A stretch of 64,000 nucleotides of DNA, taken from positions 160,001-224,000 of IMG/VR virus record IMGVR_UViG_3300027804_000038; one strand, written 5' to 3'. Source of the stretch: a virus (Duplodnaviria; Caudoviricetes). Made by a program: the position numbers and the translations under genes. The number at the start of each line of letters is the position of its first letter. The first letter of the stretch is position 1. Positions 20,914 to 30,733 of this stretch are shown here, one piece after another. Below the pieces are notes generated by a model. That model made no database searches and was not told the origin of the DNA. It was given only the letters and a program-made list of their open reading frames with translations.

Positions 20914-23656
20914 ATTCCTGACACGGTAGTAATCTAACAATACCGTTAGCCTTTAATGACGAGTAAGTTGAGAAATTACCAACAGCAATTACTCTATTTT
21001 GATTGTCAGAAATTAAACCTTGTGAATTTGAATTAAATCCACTTGTTGTTAAGAATTGGTTAACTAATAATCCGTCTTGAGTTATTTTAAATATTCCGTT
21101 AGTTGTTGTTCCATTATAATTTGATAATGCGAATGGTACAATAAATACTAAATTACCATCTGCGGTTTCAGTACTATCATACGCATATGCTGTAACTGAA
21201 AGACCAGTTCCTGCATTAGTATTAAATGTTGAATTTAAGGTTCCTGTTAAAGATAATTTAATGATACCTCTTGCAACTGAAGAACCATTATATGTTGTAA
21301 ACGTACCTGTTATAAATAAATTATTATTTGATTCTAAAATAGAACGAGTCGTACCATTAAACCCTGTACCATATACAAAGGTACCATCAATTGCTCCATT
21401 ACTCGTTAATTTAACTATCCTATTTGCAGAAACACCATTATATGTTGTAAAGCTACCTGTAACAACAATACTATCATCTGATAGTACTACTAAATTATTT
21501 GGTATTAAATTGAATCCTGAACCTAAAGGATTAAACGTAGAATCAAAACTACCATCAGTATTTAATCTACAAATTTTACCAACCGAGTTACCGTCAAATT
21601 GAGTTAAATATCCTATACAAATCAATTTACCGTCTGATTGTTTTTTAATTGATATTATAACACCATTTGGACCAGTTCCGTAGTTAAATGTGGTATCTAA
21701 ACTACCGTCAGTATTTAATCTACAAAAATTAGGAACAGATACTCCACTATAATAATCAAAATAACCTGAACAAACTAACTTACCATTAGATTGCTCCGTG
21801 AAGCCTAAAGGTCTCATCAATAAAAATGTTGCTCCACTAAAACCAACTTCAGTATTGAATGTTTTATCGTATACACCGTCTTTACTAATTCTAATTAAAC
21901 CATTTCCTATTGAATTAGAGTATCCTGAAAATGCTCCAAAAACATAATAATTATTATAAATACTTGATTCATAAACACCTAATGTTGATTGTGACCCTGA
22001 AGGTAAAAATCCTTCACCTGAAACAAAACTAAAATCAATACCAACCATTTGACATGAACTTGTAGATGGGGTTAATGTTATTGTCGGAGTTATAGTCGGA
22101 GTAACAGTTGGAGTTGGTGTTGGAGTTTGAGATGCAACTGGCACACAGAACCTACATTCAAACAAATTACCACTATCTATTGATTGTAATATTGATGTTG
22201 CGGGACTGAAAACATCACTATCATATGTAACACAAGTTGATTTACCATTTATAGTTGCTAAAAATGTGGAACCAGTATTATAAGGTAGTGGTTCAGATAT
22301 AATATATTTAAACCCATTAGAACAGTCAGTTAATTGTTTATTAAAGTTACTTGAGAAAATAGACTCAAATGTTCTAAATTCAACAGTATCAACAATCGAA
22401 CAATTTTTAGACGCATTTGTTGGAGTAGGAGTAGGGGTTGAAGTTAAGAATGGGAAGTAAAATGTTGAACCTGACACATCTACTGATTTACCATAACAAA
22501 CTTGAGTAGATGTTGGTGTTGGAGTTATTGTTGATGTTGGAGTTAATGTTGGGGTAGGTGTTGGAGTAGTTCCTGAAGTAACACTACAATCAAAAGATGC
22601 ATTAAAATTAAAAGTTAAACATTCATCAGTAGTTGTTGGTGTCGGTGTAGGACAGAAAGGACCAAAAATAGAACTATCTAAGTCAGGACATAATGAGCTC
22701 GAATTTGTTGGTCCAAATAAAAAGCATTCGCCACCCACACAATCAGATAGACACCATCTAGTGTCTCCTGTATTATAATATATAAAATATGGTAAAATTC
22801 CTGAAGGATTGTGAAATACGTCATAACCATCATAACCACCATAGTTATAATATGTCCCATCATATTTAGTAGTACTACTAAAATTTGTAAACAGACAGAA
22901 ACTATTATATGTACATCCAGTCCATGGTGTTGACGTAGGACTTGGTGTTATTGTTGGTGTAATACTTGGTGTAGGTGTAGGTGTACAGTCAGGTGATGGT
23001 AGTGAAGTTTTAGTTATTGTTGGAGTTGGAGTATTTGTTGGAGTTATACTAGGGGTTGCGGTTATTGTTGGTGTGTTAGTTGGAGTTATAGTATTTGTTG
23101 GGGTTATACTTGGTGTTGGAGTATTTGTCCTTGTTGGTGTATTTGTTGGTGTTAAACTAGGTGTTGAGGTTATAGTTGCGGTTATACTTGGAGTCGGAGT
23201 TATAGTTGCAGTTATACTTGGAGTCGGAGTTATAGTTGAGGTATTTGTTGGAGTTTGTGTTTGGGTTGTTGTTGGAGTCGGAGTTTGGGTTGAAGTAATT
23301 GTTGGGGTTTGAGTTGTAGTTGGTGTTGAAGTAATTGTTGGAGTTGGACTCTTTGTAGGTGTAGGTGTTGGAGCTGGAGTTGCCGAAGGAGTTTGAGTAG
23401 GACCTGGCACGCAAGGATAAACTGCGGTACAAGAAGCACAAGATGCATATGAGGTAGTGTCCGCACTATATAAATTGTATACAGTTACTCCTGATGTAAA
23501 ACCAGTTGCAATTGTTTGAGAACAACCTGTGTACTTATCTGTTACTAAATAGTATGTTAAACCTGTTGTAAAAGTATTAGGCGGTGACACCGTTTGAATT
23601 TGAAACGTGTCTCCGTAACAACATCCTGAAAATCTATACCAAATTATCGAGCTCAA
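20912..23656 (-). CDS. 914-aa protein: Cys-rich N-module, long Pro/Thr linkers and C-terminal delta-60 (DUF5122-like) beta-propeller
   Basis: The reverse complement of 23656 downward reads TTG AGC TCG ATA ATT TGG (MSSIIW) and the ORF ends ...PCQE-TAA at 20912, so it is on the minus strand despite the track label. Repeats include [10 protein letters not shown]...[17 protein letters not shown] and [10 protein letters not shown]...[13 protein letters not shown]. Confidence 0.75.
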   Translation of the reverse strand: MSSIIWYRFSGCCYGDTFQIQTVSPPNTFTTGLTYYLVTDKYTGCSQTIATGFTSGVTVYNLYSADTTSYASCASCTAVYPCVPGPTQTPSATPAPTPTPTKSPTPTITSTPTTTQTPTITSTQTPTPTTTQTQTPTNTSTITPTPSITATITPTPSITATITSTPSLTPTNTPTRTNTPTPSITPTNTITPTNTPTITATPSITPTNTPTPTITKTSLPSPDCTPTPTPSITPTITPSPTSTPWTGCTYNSFCLFTNFSSTTKYDGTYYNYGGYDGYDVFHNPSGILPYFIYYNTGDTRWCLSDCVGGECFLFGPTNSSSLCPDLDSSIFGPFCPTPTPTTTDECLTFNFNASFDCSVTSGTTPTPTPTLTPTSTITPTPTSTQVCYGKSVDVSGSTFYFPFLTSTPTPTPTNASKNCSIVDTVEFRTFESIFSSNFNKQLTDCSNGFKYIISEPLPYNTGSTFLATINGKSTCVTYDSDVFSPATSILQSIDSGNLFECRFCVPVASQTPTPTPTVTPTITPTITLTPSTSSCQMVGIDFSFVSGEGFLPSGSQSTLGVYESSIYNNYYVFGAFSGYSNSIGNGLIRISKDGVYDKTFNTEVGFSGATFLLMRPLGFTEQSNGKLVCSGYFDYYSGVSVPNFCRLNTDGSLDTTFNYGTGPNGVIISIKKQSDGKLICIGYLTQFDGNSVGKICRLNTDGSFDSTFNPLGSGFNLIPNNLVVLSDDSIVVTGSFTTYNGVSANRIVKLTSNGAIDGTFVYGTGFNGTTRSILESNNNLFITGTFTTYNGSSVARGIIKLSLTGTLNSTFNTNAGTGLSVTAYAYDSTETADGNLVFIVPFALSNYNGTTTNGIFKITQDGLLVNQFLTTSGFNSNSQGLISDNQNRVIAVGNFSTYSSLKANGIVRLLPCQE
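23169..23238 (-). repeat. 30-bp coding tandem repeat within a long Pro/Thr low-complexity tract (about 22960-23400)
   Basis: gttatagttgc(g/a)gttatacttggagtcgga twice plus a partial copy; encodes [10 protein letters not shown] units. Confidence 0.85.
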
Positions 23657-23657
23657 A

Positions 23658-23882
23658 TTAAGTTACTGTAAAACAATTAGTTATTTCACACCCATCGTTA
23701 TCAACTATCCTTACACAATATCCTTTTAAATCTTGAATAGGGTATGGTACGTTGAAACTATAAGGTAATTCTGCTGACGTAATAACACCCATATAATAAC
23801 AAGGTGTCCCACCTGTTAAACATAAATATAACTCATATGGAGTTGAACCTGTAATATTACTAACTGTTACTGAAGTCGGCAT
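23658..23882 (-). CDS. Small Cys-module protein (74 aa), third copy
   Basis: [26 protein letters not shown]...RIVDNDGC aligns with 15589..15816; TATTTATA motif 3 nt upstream of the ATG. Confidence 0.7.
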   Translation of the reverse strand: MPTSVTVSNITGSTPYELYLCLTGGTPCYYMGVITSAELPYSFNVPYPIQDLKGYCVRIVDNDGCEITNCFTVT

Positions 23883-23954
23883 ACCTATAAATATAAAAGT
23901 CTTGAAAAGTTTGTGAAGTTTGATTTAATTAAGTTTTTTATTATATTTTAGTTT

Positions 23955-24851
23955 ATGGAAGAAAATGAAGTATTAGTTGACATGTTAAGGGAACTATTCG
24001 GAAAGGATAAAAATTACTATGCTTCAAAAGGACAAATTTCGTTTAATTGTCCATATTGTGATGAGGGTAAGAACAAAGGAAATTTAGAAATTAATATTAA
24101 CGAACACGTATATAAATGTTGGGCGTGCTCTGATTATAATGGTACCCACGGTGTTTTAGGTAAATTAATAGATATTTTTGGTACAAAAAAACAAAGAAAA
24201 ATATACGATGTATTCAAGCCTGAAGAATACAAAGTTAGAGAAAAACATAAACCAAAGATTAAATTACCTAAAGAATTTATTTCATTTAAAAACGTAAACC
24301 CATTACATATACCACACAAAGAGGCTGTTAATTATTTGAAAAAACGTGGAATAACTGATGAGATAATAGAAAAATATAATATAGGATTTGCAACTGAAGG
24401 TGAATATGCTGGAAGAATAATAGTACCATCTTATGATAAAGAAGATGAATTAAATTATTTTGTTTCTAGAGCTTGGTTTAAAACTAAAAATAAGTATAAG
24501 AATCCTGAATACCCTAAAGAAACTATAATATTTAATGAAAAATTAATAGATTGGACTAAACCAATTTATTTATGTGAAGGTGTGTTCGATGGATTCTTCA
24601 CCCCAAATCCAGTGATTTTACTTGGTAAAATATTGTCTGATTTGCTTTTTGAGACAATATATACTAATGCTCAATCTGACGTTATAATTTGTTTAGATGC
24701 GGACGCTTGGAAAGATGCTCAAAGCCTTTATAACAAATTAAATGGAGGTAAACTAAGGGGTAAAATTAAAATATTAAAGTTACCAAAAAATACAGATGTT
24801 GCCGAACTTATGGGTAAAATTGATGATTTTTATTATCAAATGAATTATTAA
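23955..24851 (+). CDS. DNA primase (zinc-binding domain plus TOPRIM)
   Basis: CPYC...CWAC zinc motif, YLKKRGI, TOPRIM LCEGVFD and CLDADA. Confidence 0.85.
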   Translation: MEENEVLVDMLRELFGKDKNYYASKGQISFNCPYCDEGKNKGNLEININEHVYKCWACSDYNGTHGVLGKLIDIFGTKKQRKIYDVFKPEEYKVREKHKPKIKLPKEFISFKNVNPLHIPHKEAVNYLKKRGITDEIIEKYNIGFATEGEYAGRIIVPSYDKEDELNYFVSRAWFKTKNKYKNPEYPKETIIFNEKLIDWTKPIYLCEGVFDGFFTPNPVILLGKILSDLLFETIYTNAQSDVIICLDADAWKDAQSLYNKLNGGKLRGKIKILKLPKNTDVAELMGKIDDFYYQMNY

Positions 24852-25159
24852 TGGATTTACAAAAATTAAAACTCTCAAGTATACGTAGAACTCAAAAAAT
24901 ATCAGAATCTAAAAAAAACAAGATTAAATTAAGTATTCTGAAAAAAGGGTTTGATTATAATAAAGGATATATTACCGTAGATAGAAAAAATATAATTATT
25001 AATGGTAATCATAGACACCAGTCTTTAATTGAGATTTACGGAAAAGAACATGAGATATTTGTAAAAAAAACAAAATTAAGTAGAAAAACATATTATCTAA
25101 TAGTATGCTCAATAATAATAATAGTTTTTTACTTTTTATTTAATATATTAAAAAAATAA
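24851..25159 (+). CDS. ParB/Srx-like domain with a C-terminal transmembrane helix
   Basis: YITVDRKNIIINGNHRHQSL resembles the ParB/Srx I.V...I.DGxHRxxA motif; hydrophobic C-terminus YYLIVCSIIIIVFYFLFNIL. Confidence 0.5.
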   Translation: MDLQKLKLSSIRRTQKISESKKNKIKLSILKKGFDYNKGYITVDRKNIIINGNHRHQSLIEIYGKEHEIFVKKTKLSRKTYYLIVCSIIIIVFYFLFNILKK

Positions 25160-25160
25160 T

Positions 25161-26015
25161 ATGGAACTAAAACAAATTGCATTAGAAATAAGAGAAATTA
25201 TATCTAATAAACAAAAAGAACTTGAATTATCTTTTATTGAAGATACTCATACATATTTTATGAAAGATACTGATGGGGTTGTTAAAAACTCATTTCCATC
25301 AGTGTCAAAAGTACTTAAAAAATTCTATCCCGAATTCCCAACTGATGAGGCTGCTGAAAAAAAATCAAAAGGTGACCCTGTAGTAAAACAACAATTAATT
25401 GAAGAATGGGCAGCGGCTGGAGACTACTCAACAAATATGGGAAGTAGAGTCCATTATTTTTTAGAAAAAAAAGTCGTTGAAAATAATGGAAGTTATAAAG
25501 AAGTTAGACAACCAATTTTTGATTGTGATTTTACACAAATTTTAAAAGGTGACAGTATGATTAGTGCTGGTAACAAGTATCTAAAATTAATGGAAGATAG
25601 AAATGTGGTATTATTAGATACTGAAATGGTATTAGGTCATCCTATTTTAGGTTATACAGGACAACCCGATAAAGTTTGGTTAGTTGTAAATAAAAAGGGG
25701 GATGAATTCGGGATATTAATAACCGACTGGAAAACAAATAAACCTAAAAACTTTTTGTCAAACAGTTTTACAAAACCAATGTTCAAACCTTTTGAAAACT
25801 ATCCAAATACTGCATTAGGACACTATTATGTACAATTACCATTATATGGTAAATTACTAATTGAAATGTTAAAAGGTTCTAAATATGAAAATATTAGACT
25901 ATATGGATGTATTGTTGTTTTGTTAAGAGAAGATTCTGAATTTGAAGAATTTAGAGTCCCACAAAATGTTATTGATATAGTACTTGATATGGATATTAAA
26001 GAATACCTTACTTGA
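25161..26015 (+). CDS. PD-(D/E)XK family exonuclease
   Basis: MGSRVH, TEM, GQPDKV, ITDWKT and YYVQLPLY motifs typical of phage RecB/lambda-exonuclease-like nucleases. Confidence 0.75.
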   Translation: MELKQIALEIREIISNKQKELELSFIEDTHTYFMKDTDGVVKNSFPSVSKVLKKFYPEFPTDEAAEKKSKGDPVVKQQLIEEWAAAGDYSTNMGSRVHYFLEKKVVENNGSYKEVRQPIFDCDFTQILKGDSMISAGNKYLKLMEDRNVVLLDTEMVLGHPILGYTGQPDKVWLVVNKKGDEFGILITDWKTNKPKNFLSNSFTKPMFKPFENYPNTALGHYYVQLPLYGKLLIEMLKGSKYENIRLYGCIVVLLREDSEFEEFRVPQNVIDIVLDMDIKEYLT

Positions 26016-26040
26016 AATAACTAAAATAATTAACTATAAT
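26012..26040 (+). promoter_or_regulatory. Sigma70-like promoter
   Basis: TTGAAA (26012-17), N17, TATAAT (26035-40); ATG at 26046. Confidence 0.5.
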
Positions 26041-26045
26041 TGAAT

Positions 26046-26264
26046 ATGCAAACACTAATTTTTGACACAAAAAATAAAAAAACTACACTACATGCTGGAC
26101 ATGTTGTAAACACTGATGCACTATTTTCTTATAATGACACACCTACAGTTCAGGTTAGAGATGGATTTTATGAAGTTATGTATAAACCATCTGATGTCGA
26201 TAAAGCAATACCTGTATTAAGAGTTCCTATTTCAAATACAAACATGATTATTAAAAATTTATAA
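26046..26264 (+). CDS. Hypothetical protein
   Basis: ATG at 26046 is preferred over the track TTG at 26040, which overlaps the -10 box; 72 aa. Confidence 0.6.
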   Translation: MQTLIFDTKNKKTTLHAGHVVNTDALFSYNDTPTVQVRDGFYEVMYKPSDVDKAIPVLRVPISNTNMIIKNL

Positions 26265-26265
26265 T

Positions 26266-26499
26266 ATGGATTTACAAAAACCAAAGATTGATTTAAGAAA
26301 GATGGATTTTGTCAATTGTGACAAATGCGGTAGCAAAGAATTTAAAGAGATTACATACCTCAAAAAAGTACCAAAAATATTAACAGGTTCCGTAGATGAT
26401 ACCATTGTACCATTCCCAACGTATGCTTGTTTATCTTGCGGGCATGTAAATAAAGAGTTGAACCCTTTTGATATTGATTCTCCACAATTAGAACTATGA
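26266..26499 (+). CDS. Small zinc-ribbon protein
   Basis: CDKC...CLSC pair in 77 aa. Confidence 0.6.
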   Translation: MDLQKPKIDLRKMDFVNCDKCGSKEFKEITYLKKVPKILTGSVDDTIVPFPTYACLSCGHVNKELNPFDIDSPQLEL

Positions 26500-27275
26500 T
26501 AAATAAAATTGTTCACTTTAGTGACCTTCACGTAAGGTTATATAAGGACCACGCCCTTTACAAAGGTATTTTGGAAGATGCTTTTAGACAATGGAAAGAT
26601 ATTGCTCCTGATAGAATTGTATTCACTGGCGACTTGGTTCATAGTAAGAACCAAATGACACCTGAACTTGTTGAGTTTATCGCTTGGGTATTGACCGAGT
26701 GTTCAAAGATTGCCAAAACAATTTTAATCCCTGGCAACCACGACTTCCTTGAAAACAATATGGAACGATTGGATGCCCTAACACCTGTGGTTGACTCACT
26801 TAAAAATGAAATGGTTGTTTACTACAAGAATAGAGGAGTATACCCCGACCAAAATATTGATTGGTGCGTGTATTCACTTATGGACCATAACATTCCACCT
26901 ACAATTGAAAAATCTGATAGAGTTAAGATTGGGTTGTTTCACGGACCAGTACAAGGACTTACAACCAACTTAGGTTTTAAGTTTGAGGATGGATTTGAAA
27001 CCTCAAAGTTTGACGGATGTGATTTGGTATTCTGTGGCGATATTCATAAGAGACAAATCTTTGATATACCTGGTGGAAAGAAGGCGTATATGATTGGCTC
27101 GACTATTTGCCAAAATTATGGAGAAACTGTTACAAAACATGGATATGGGATTTATAATGTTGAGAAAGACGAATATACTGTTGTTGATTTACATAACCCA
27201 AAACCATTCGTGGCCTTTAGAATAAACTCATACGAAGATATTGAAAATGGAACAGAAAAATTCGTTAACTATTGA
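26496..27275 (+). CDS. sbcD: Mre11/SbcD-like metallophosphoesterase (recombination nuclease)
   Basis: All five calcineurin-like motifs are present: HFSDLH, FTGDLVH, PGNHD, LFHG, GDIH. An SbcC-like ATPase lies nearby. Confidence 0.85.
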   Translation: MINKIVHFSDLHVRLYKDHALYKGILEDAFRQWKDIAPDRIVFTGDLVHSKNQMTPELVEFIAWVLTECSKIAKTILIPGNHDFLENNMERLDALTPVVDSLKNEMVVYYKNRGVYPDQNIDWCVYSLMDHNIPPTIEKSDRVKIGLFHGPVQGLTTNLGFKFEDGFETSKFDGCDLVFCGDIHKRQIFDIPGGKKAYMIGSTICQNYGETVTKHGYGIYNVEKDEYTVVDLHNPKPFVAFRINSYEDIENGTEKFVNY

Positions 27276-27741
27276 TTTATCAAAACAAGATATTGAAGAC
27301 TTTAATTCATTTTGTAAACTAAATGAAATAACAGATTCAGAAGGGTTTGCTAAATTATGTTTTCGTAAAGGATATTATGTTGAGAAATATGGGTTACTAA
27401 ACCAAGGTAATTTGCCAGACATTATTGAACGAGAACTTGAAAAAGAAGTCATCAAAGAGGTTATTGTTGAGAAGGAAGTAATTGTTGAAAAACCAATAAT
27501 TGATAACCAAAAAGTTGAAGAATTACAAAATGAGATTTATATTTTAAAGGGTAAGTTAGAGAACCAAAAAGAAGTTGAGTGTGGCAAACTCCAAGACACA
27601 CTAATGGAATTAAATAGACAACTTGGAGATAAAAACGAAACAATAAAAGAATTAAGAAATAAGGTTAACGACCTTGAGAATCTAACAAAAACTTCTTATG
27701 CTTTTTATCTAAAAAATTCAAATTTAAAAGACAGATTATGA
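27247..27741 (+). CDS. Hypothetical coiled-coil protein
   Basis: E/K-rich with a heptad-like C-terminus; in-frame ATG at 27247. Confidence 0.6.
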   Translation: MEQKNSLTIDLSKQDIEDFNSFCKLNEITDSEGFAKLCFRKGYYVEKYGLLNQGNLPDIIERELEKEVIKEVIVEKEVIVEKPIIDNQKVEELQNEIYILKGKLENQKEVECGKLQDTLMELNRQLGDKNETIKELRNKVNDLENLTKTSYAFYLKNSNLKDRL

Positions 27742-28094
27742 TTACAATATTATTAGCTTGGTTTATTATGAGTTATGGACTCATGAACATTATGGTTTAT
27801 GGTTCAATTTTCAAAGGATTTAGAAAATTCTTTTCAGACTGGGGTGAATCCAAGTACGCTCCATTTAGCGGTGTAGGGGAATTTATTTCAGGTATTTTAT
27901 CTTGTCCTATGTGTTTTAGTACTTGGGGAGGATTTTTCTTAGGGTTCTTTATCTACTCACCATCACATGAACTATTACAAACACACGAATATATTTCATG
28001 GTTCTTTGATGGTATCTTATCTTCAGGGGCAGTTTGGGCAATAAACGCAATAATAGAATGGTTTGAACAAAATAGACCAAATAACAACAATTAA
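27738..28094 (+). CDS. Membrane protein, DUF1360-like
   Basis: Three hydrophobic segments and an SCPMCFSTW motif. Confidence 0.5.
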   Translation: MITILLAWFIMSYGLMNIMVYGSIFKGFRKFFSDWGESKYAPFSGVGEFISGILSCPMCFSTWGGFFLGFFIYSPSHELLQTHEYISWFFDGILSSGAVWAINAIIEWFEQNRPNNNN

Positions 28095-28105
28095 AAATAT
28101 AAATT

Positions 28106-28282
28106 ATGCCAAAATCAAGACAAAGAAAAAACCACAAAAAGAAAGTACAAGCACGTAAGCTTAGAATTAAAGGTATCCAAAATAAGTACCAAAACTTATT
28201 TAACAAAGAAATGTCCAAATATCTTGAAAGTCTTAGCGGAGAAACGGCTCAAAATGAGACAGAGACCACAACAAGTATTTAA
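28106..28282 (+). CDS. Small basic protein (58 aa), not in the ORF track
   Basis: MPKSRQRKNHKKKVQARKLRIKGIQ...TTSI-stop fills the gap before sbcC, and implies the sbcC start is the ATG at 28320. Confidence 0.65.
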   Translation: MPKSRQRKNHKKKVQARKLRIKGIQNKYQNLFNKEMSKYLESLSGETAQNETETTTSI

Positions 28283-28319
28283 TTTATTTTCAACCCCCGT
28301 AGATTATACACCTATTAAA

Positions 28320-30647
28320 ATGATAAAAGATTTAGATTTTTCAAAATTAGAAAATCCATACATACAAGTAGTTTGGGAAGACTTTCCTGAAAATTTTACA
28401 CAAGAAAAATTAAAAAGTGTAAAACACTATTTTCAGAAAAAGTATCAGACTACTAGTGTTAATGTTATTACTAAACTTAAAAAATCTGAAGATGTTGAGG
28501 ATAATATTGATGTTTCATTAAATATAATGGACAAAAACTACCAACATGAACTTATTAAAAGTTTATTGGAAAGTAAAAATCAAGGAACTCAATATGATGA
28601 AATTATCAAAATAGATAATGTTGTTGAGAACAAAATGTTGTCAGAACAAGAAGAGACTACAGCATTTAAAAAATGGTATATAAGAAACATAGAGTTTTCT
28701 AATTTCTTATCGTATGGGGATAATCAAAAACTTGATTTTGAAAAAATAAATGGTATTACTGTTGTTGAATCAGCCCCACCTAACTTTGGAGGTAAAACAG
28801 TATTATCCGTTGATTTACTTCTGTTTTTATTCTTTAACACAACTACTAAAACAAATAAAGCTGAAGAAATCTTTAATAGATTTTCAAATAGTAATAAAGT
28901 TACTGTTAAAGGTGAAATTATAATTGACGGTGAAGATTATATTATTGTTCGTGAACTTGAAAGAAAACTATCTAAATCTGGAGAATGGAATGTTAAAACA
29001 GAGTTAGATTTTTTTAAGAGATATTCAGATGGTTCCTTAGTTAAGTTCACAGGAGAACAAAGAAGAGAAACCGAGAACTTTATAAAGGCCTCAATCGGAA
29101 GTTACGATGACTTTCTAATGACAATCCTAACCACTGGTACTAACTTAGAAGATTTGCTTGAAGCAAAACCGACCGCTAGAGGACAAGTACTATCAAGATT
29201 TTTAGGTTTAGATTTTTTAAAAAAGAAGGAAGAAATAGGAAAACAGGTATATTCTGATTTTTCTAAATCTATGATTTCAAACATCTACAATACTGAAAGT
29301 TTAAAAACTCAAAATGATGAACTTAATGTTTCGATAACTAATTTAAAGGATGTAATTGAACAATGTGAAATCAAAATAGTAGATGTAAAAGGAAGACTAC
29401 AAAAAGGACAGGAATATCGTGACAATTTGTTATCACAAAAAGTTACAGTAGAAAAAGAATTAACTCTTTTGAATCCCGACCAAACCAAGAAAGAAATTGA
29501 GGGATTTGAATCTCAAATTAAACAAAATATCTCTCTACGTGACGGTGTTAAAATTGTTGAACCTTCAGAGTTCTATAAAGAAAACGAACACGATAAAGTT
29601 AAAGAAGAATACCAAACGGCCTATAGAGAAAAGGTTGAGATTGACACTAACATCAATGGTATTAACAAACTAAAGAGTTCGGTTAGTGGTGGAATCAAGT
29701 GCGAACATTGTGGAATTGAACTAATGAATGCATCTATTACACAATCCAGAATTGCTGAACTTGATGGATTTGCCCTTCGTAAAACCGAGATTGAGAAGTT
29801 AATGCAGGAATTATCAGACAAAGAACAAGGTTTTGTTAAGTTGAAAAAAGACTTTGATGAGTATGAAAGAAACAAACTTGTGTATGAAAAATACCAAGCA
29901 ACGATTGAAAACCTACAAACAAAGAAAGAAACTTTGGAAGGAAAACTAGGTAGATATGTGGAGATGCAAGACGTAATTAAAACTAATGAACAGATTGAAT
30001 CTCAAATAATAAAGGCTAATTTAAGATTGGATGAATTAAAAAGAGAAGAAAGTGAAATAAATAAAACAATCTCAAATTCTGAATTTCAAATTAAACAAAA
30101 CCAAGAAAAAATTGAAGGTAATCTAAAAACAATTCAAAAAATATTAGAAGAACAAGAGAAAGAAACTAAATACAAGTTATATTTGGAATTGTTTGGTAAA
30201 AACGGAATTGCTAAAAGAATCATGAAAAATATGATGCCTTTGATTAATTCTGAGTTACAAAGATTATTACAAGATTCATGTTACTTTAGACTTGAGATTC
30301 GTATTAGTGAGAAGAATGAAGTTGAGTTTTGGATGATTGATAATAATACTCAAATTGAAAAATTAATGGTTTCAGGGTCAGGATATGAGAAAACTATTGC
30401 TTCGTTAGCTCTAAGAGCGGTATTGTCAAAAGTATGTTCATTACCAAAACCTAACGTGGTTGTTTTTGACGAAGTTTTTGGTAAAATATCTAACGATAAT
30501 TTGGAACTTGTTTATGAGTTCTTTATAAAAATAAAAGAATATTTTGAAAATATTTTTGTTATCACCCACAATCCCATGATTAGCCAATGGGCCGACAACA
30601 CAGTAAAAGTTAAAAAAGTTGATAACATCAGTAAAATAGTTAATTGA
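28320..30647 (+). CDS. sbcC: Rad50/SbcC-like (T4 gp46-like) SMC ATPase with an N-terminal extension
   Basis: IRNIEFSNFLSYG, Walker A variant PPNFGGKT, coiled coils, zinc hook CEHCG, signature variant SGSGYE, Walker B VVFDE, H-loop ITHN. Confidence 0.85.
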   Translation: MIKDLDFSKLENPYIQVVWEDFPENFTQEKLKSVKHYFQKKYQTTSVNVITKLKKSEDVEDNIDVSLNIMDKNYQHELIKSLLESKNQGTQYDEIIKIDNVVENKMLSEQEETTAFKKWYIRNIEFSNFLSYGDNQKLDFEKINGITVVESAPPNFGGKTVLSVDLLLFLFFNTTTKTNKAEEIFNRFSNSNKVTVKGEIIIDGEDYIIVRELERKLSKSGEWNVKTELDFFKRYSDGSLVKFTGEQRRETENFIKASIGSYDDFLMTILTTGTNLEDLLEAKPTARGQVLSRFLGLDFLKKKEEIGKQVYSDFSKSMISNIYNTESLKTQNDELNVSITNLKDVIEQCEIKIVDVKGRLQKGQEYRDNLLSQKVTVEKELTLLNPDQTKKEIEGFESQIKQNISLRDGVKIVEPSEFYKENEHDKVKEEYQTAYREKVEIDTNINGINKLKSSVSGGIKCEHCGIELMNASITQSRIAELDGFALRKTEIEKLMQELSDKEQGFVKLKKDFDEYERNKLVYEKYQATIENLQTKKETLEGKLGRYVEMQDVIKTNEQIESQIIKANLRLDELKREESEINKTISNSEFQIKQNQEKIEGNLKTIQKILEEQEKETKYKLYLELFGKNGIAKRIMKNMMPLINSELQRLLQDSCYFRLEIRISEKNEVEFWMIDNNTQIEKLMVSGSGYEKTIASLALRAVLSKVCSLPKPNVVVFDEVFGKISNDNLELVYEFFIKIKEYFENIFVITHNPMISQWADNTVKVKKVDNISKIVN

Positions 30648-30688
30648 TGTTATCAATTCCTAAGTATCTTTTATTTTTAAAAATATTT

Positions 30689-30720
30689 TTTGGATTTTAG
30701 TTGAAATTAATGTAGTTTTG
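30689..30720 (+). promoter_or_regulatory. Bacteroidota sigmaA-type promoter upstream of the sigma-factor operon
   Basis: TTTG (30689-92), N20, TAGTTTTG (30713-20) fits the TTTG/TAnnTTTG consensus; ATG at 30734. Confidence 0.6.
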
Positions 30721-30733
30721 TAAAAAATTAAAT

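Noticed and set aside
8269-23466. Overlapping shadow ORFs such as 8269..8559, 23073..23312, 23157..23441 and 23230..23466
   Set aside because: They are alternative frames or antisense of Pro/Thr repeat tracts, which lack stops for compositional reasons; no independent support.
20912-23656. ORF track strand label '+' for the 914-aa protein
   Set aside because: The listed protein is read only from the reverse complement (TTG at 23656, TAA at 20912), so it is reported as minus.
5895-23656. Bacterial chromosome origin (T9SS adhesin locus)
   Set aside because: The adhesin-like proteins lack signal peptides and T9SS tails, and are interleaved with baseplate, fibre, primase, gp46/47-like and resolvase genes; no bacterial housekeeping operons are present.
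25161-26015. Cas4 or a CRISPR-associated nuclease
   Set aside because: The PD-(D/E)XK motif is present, but there is no four-Cys Fe-S motif, no cas genes and no array; the context is replication and recombination.
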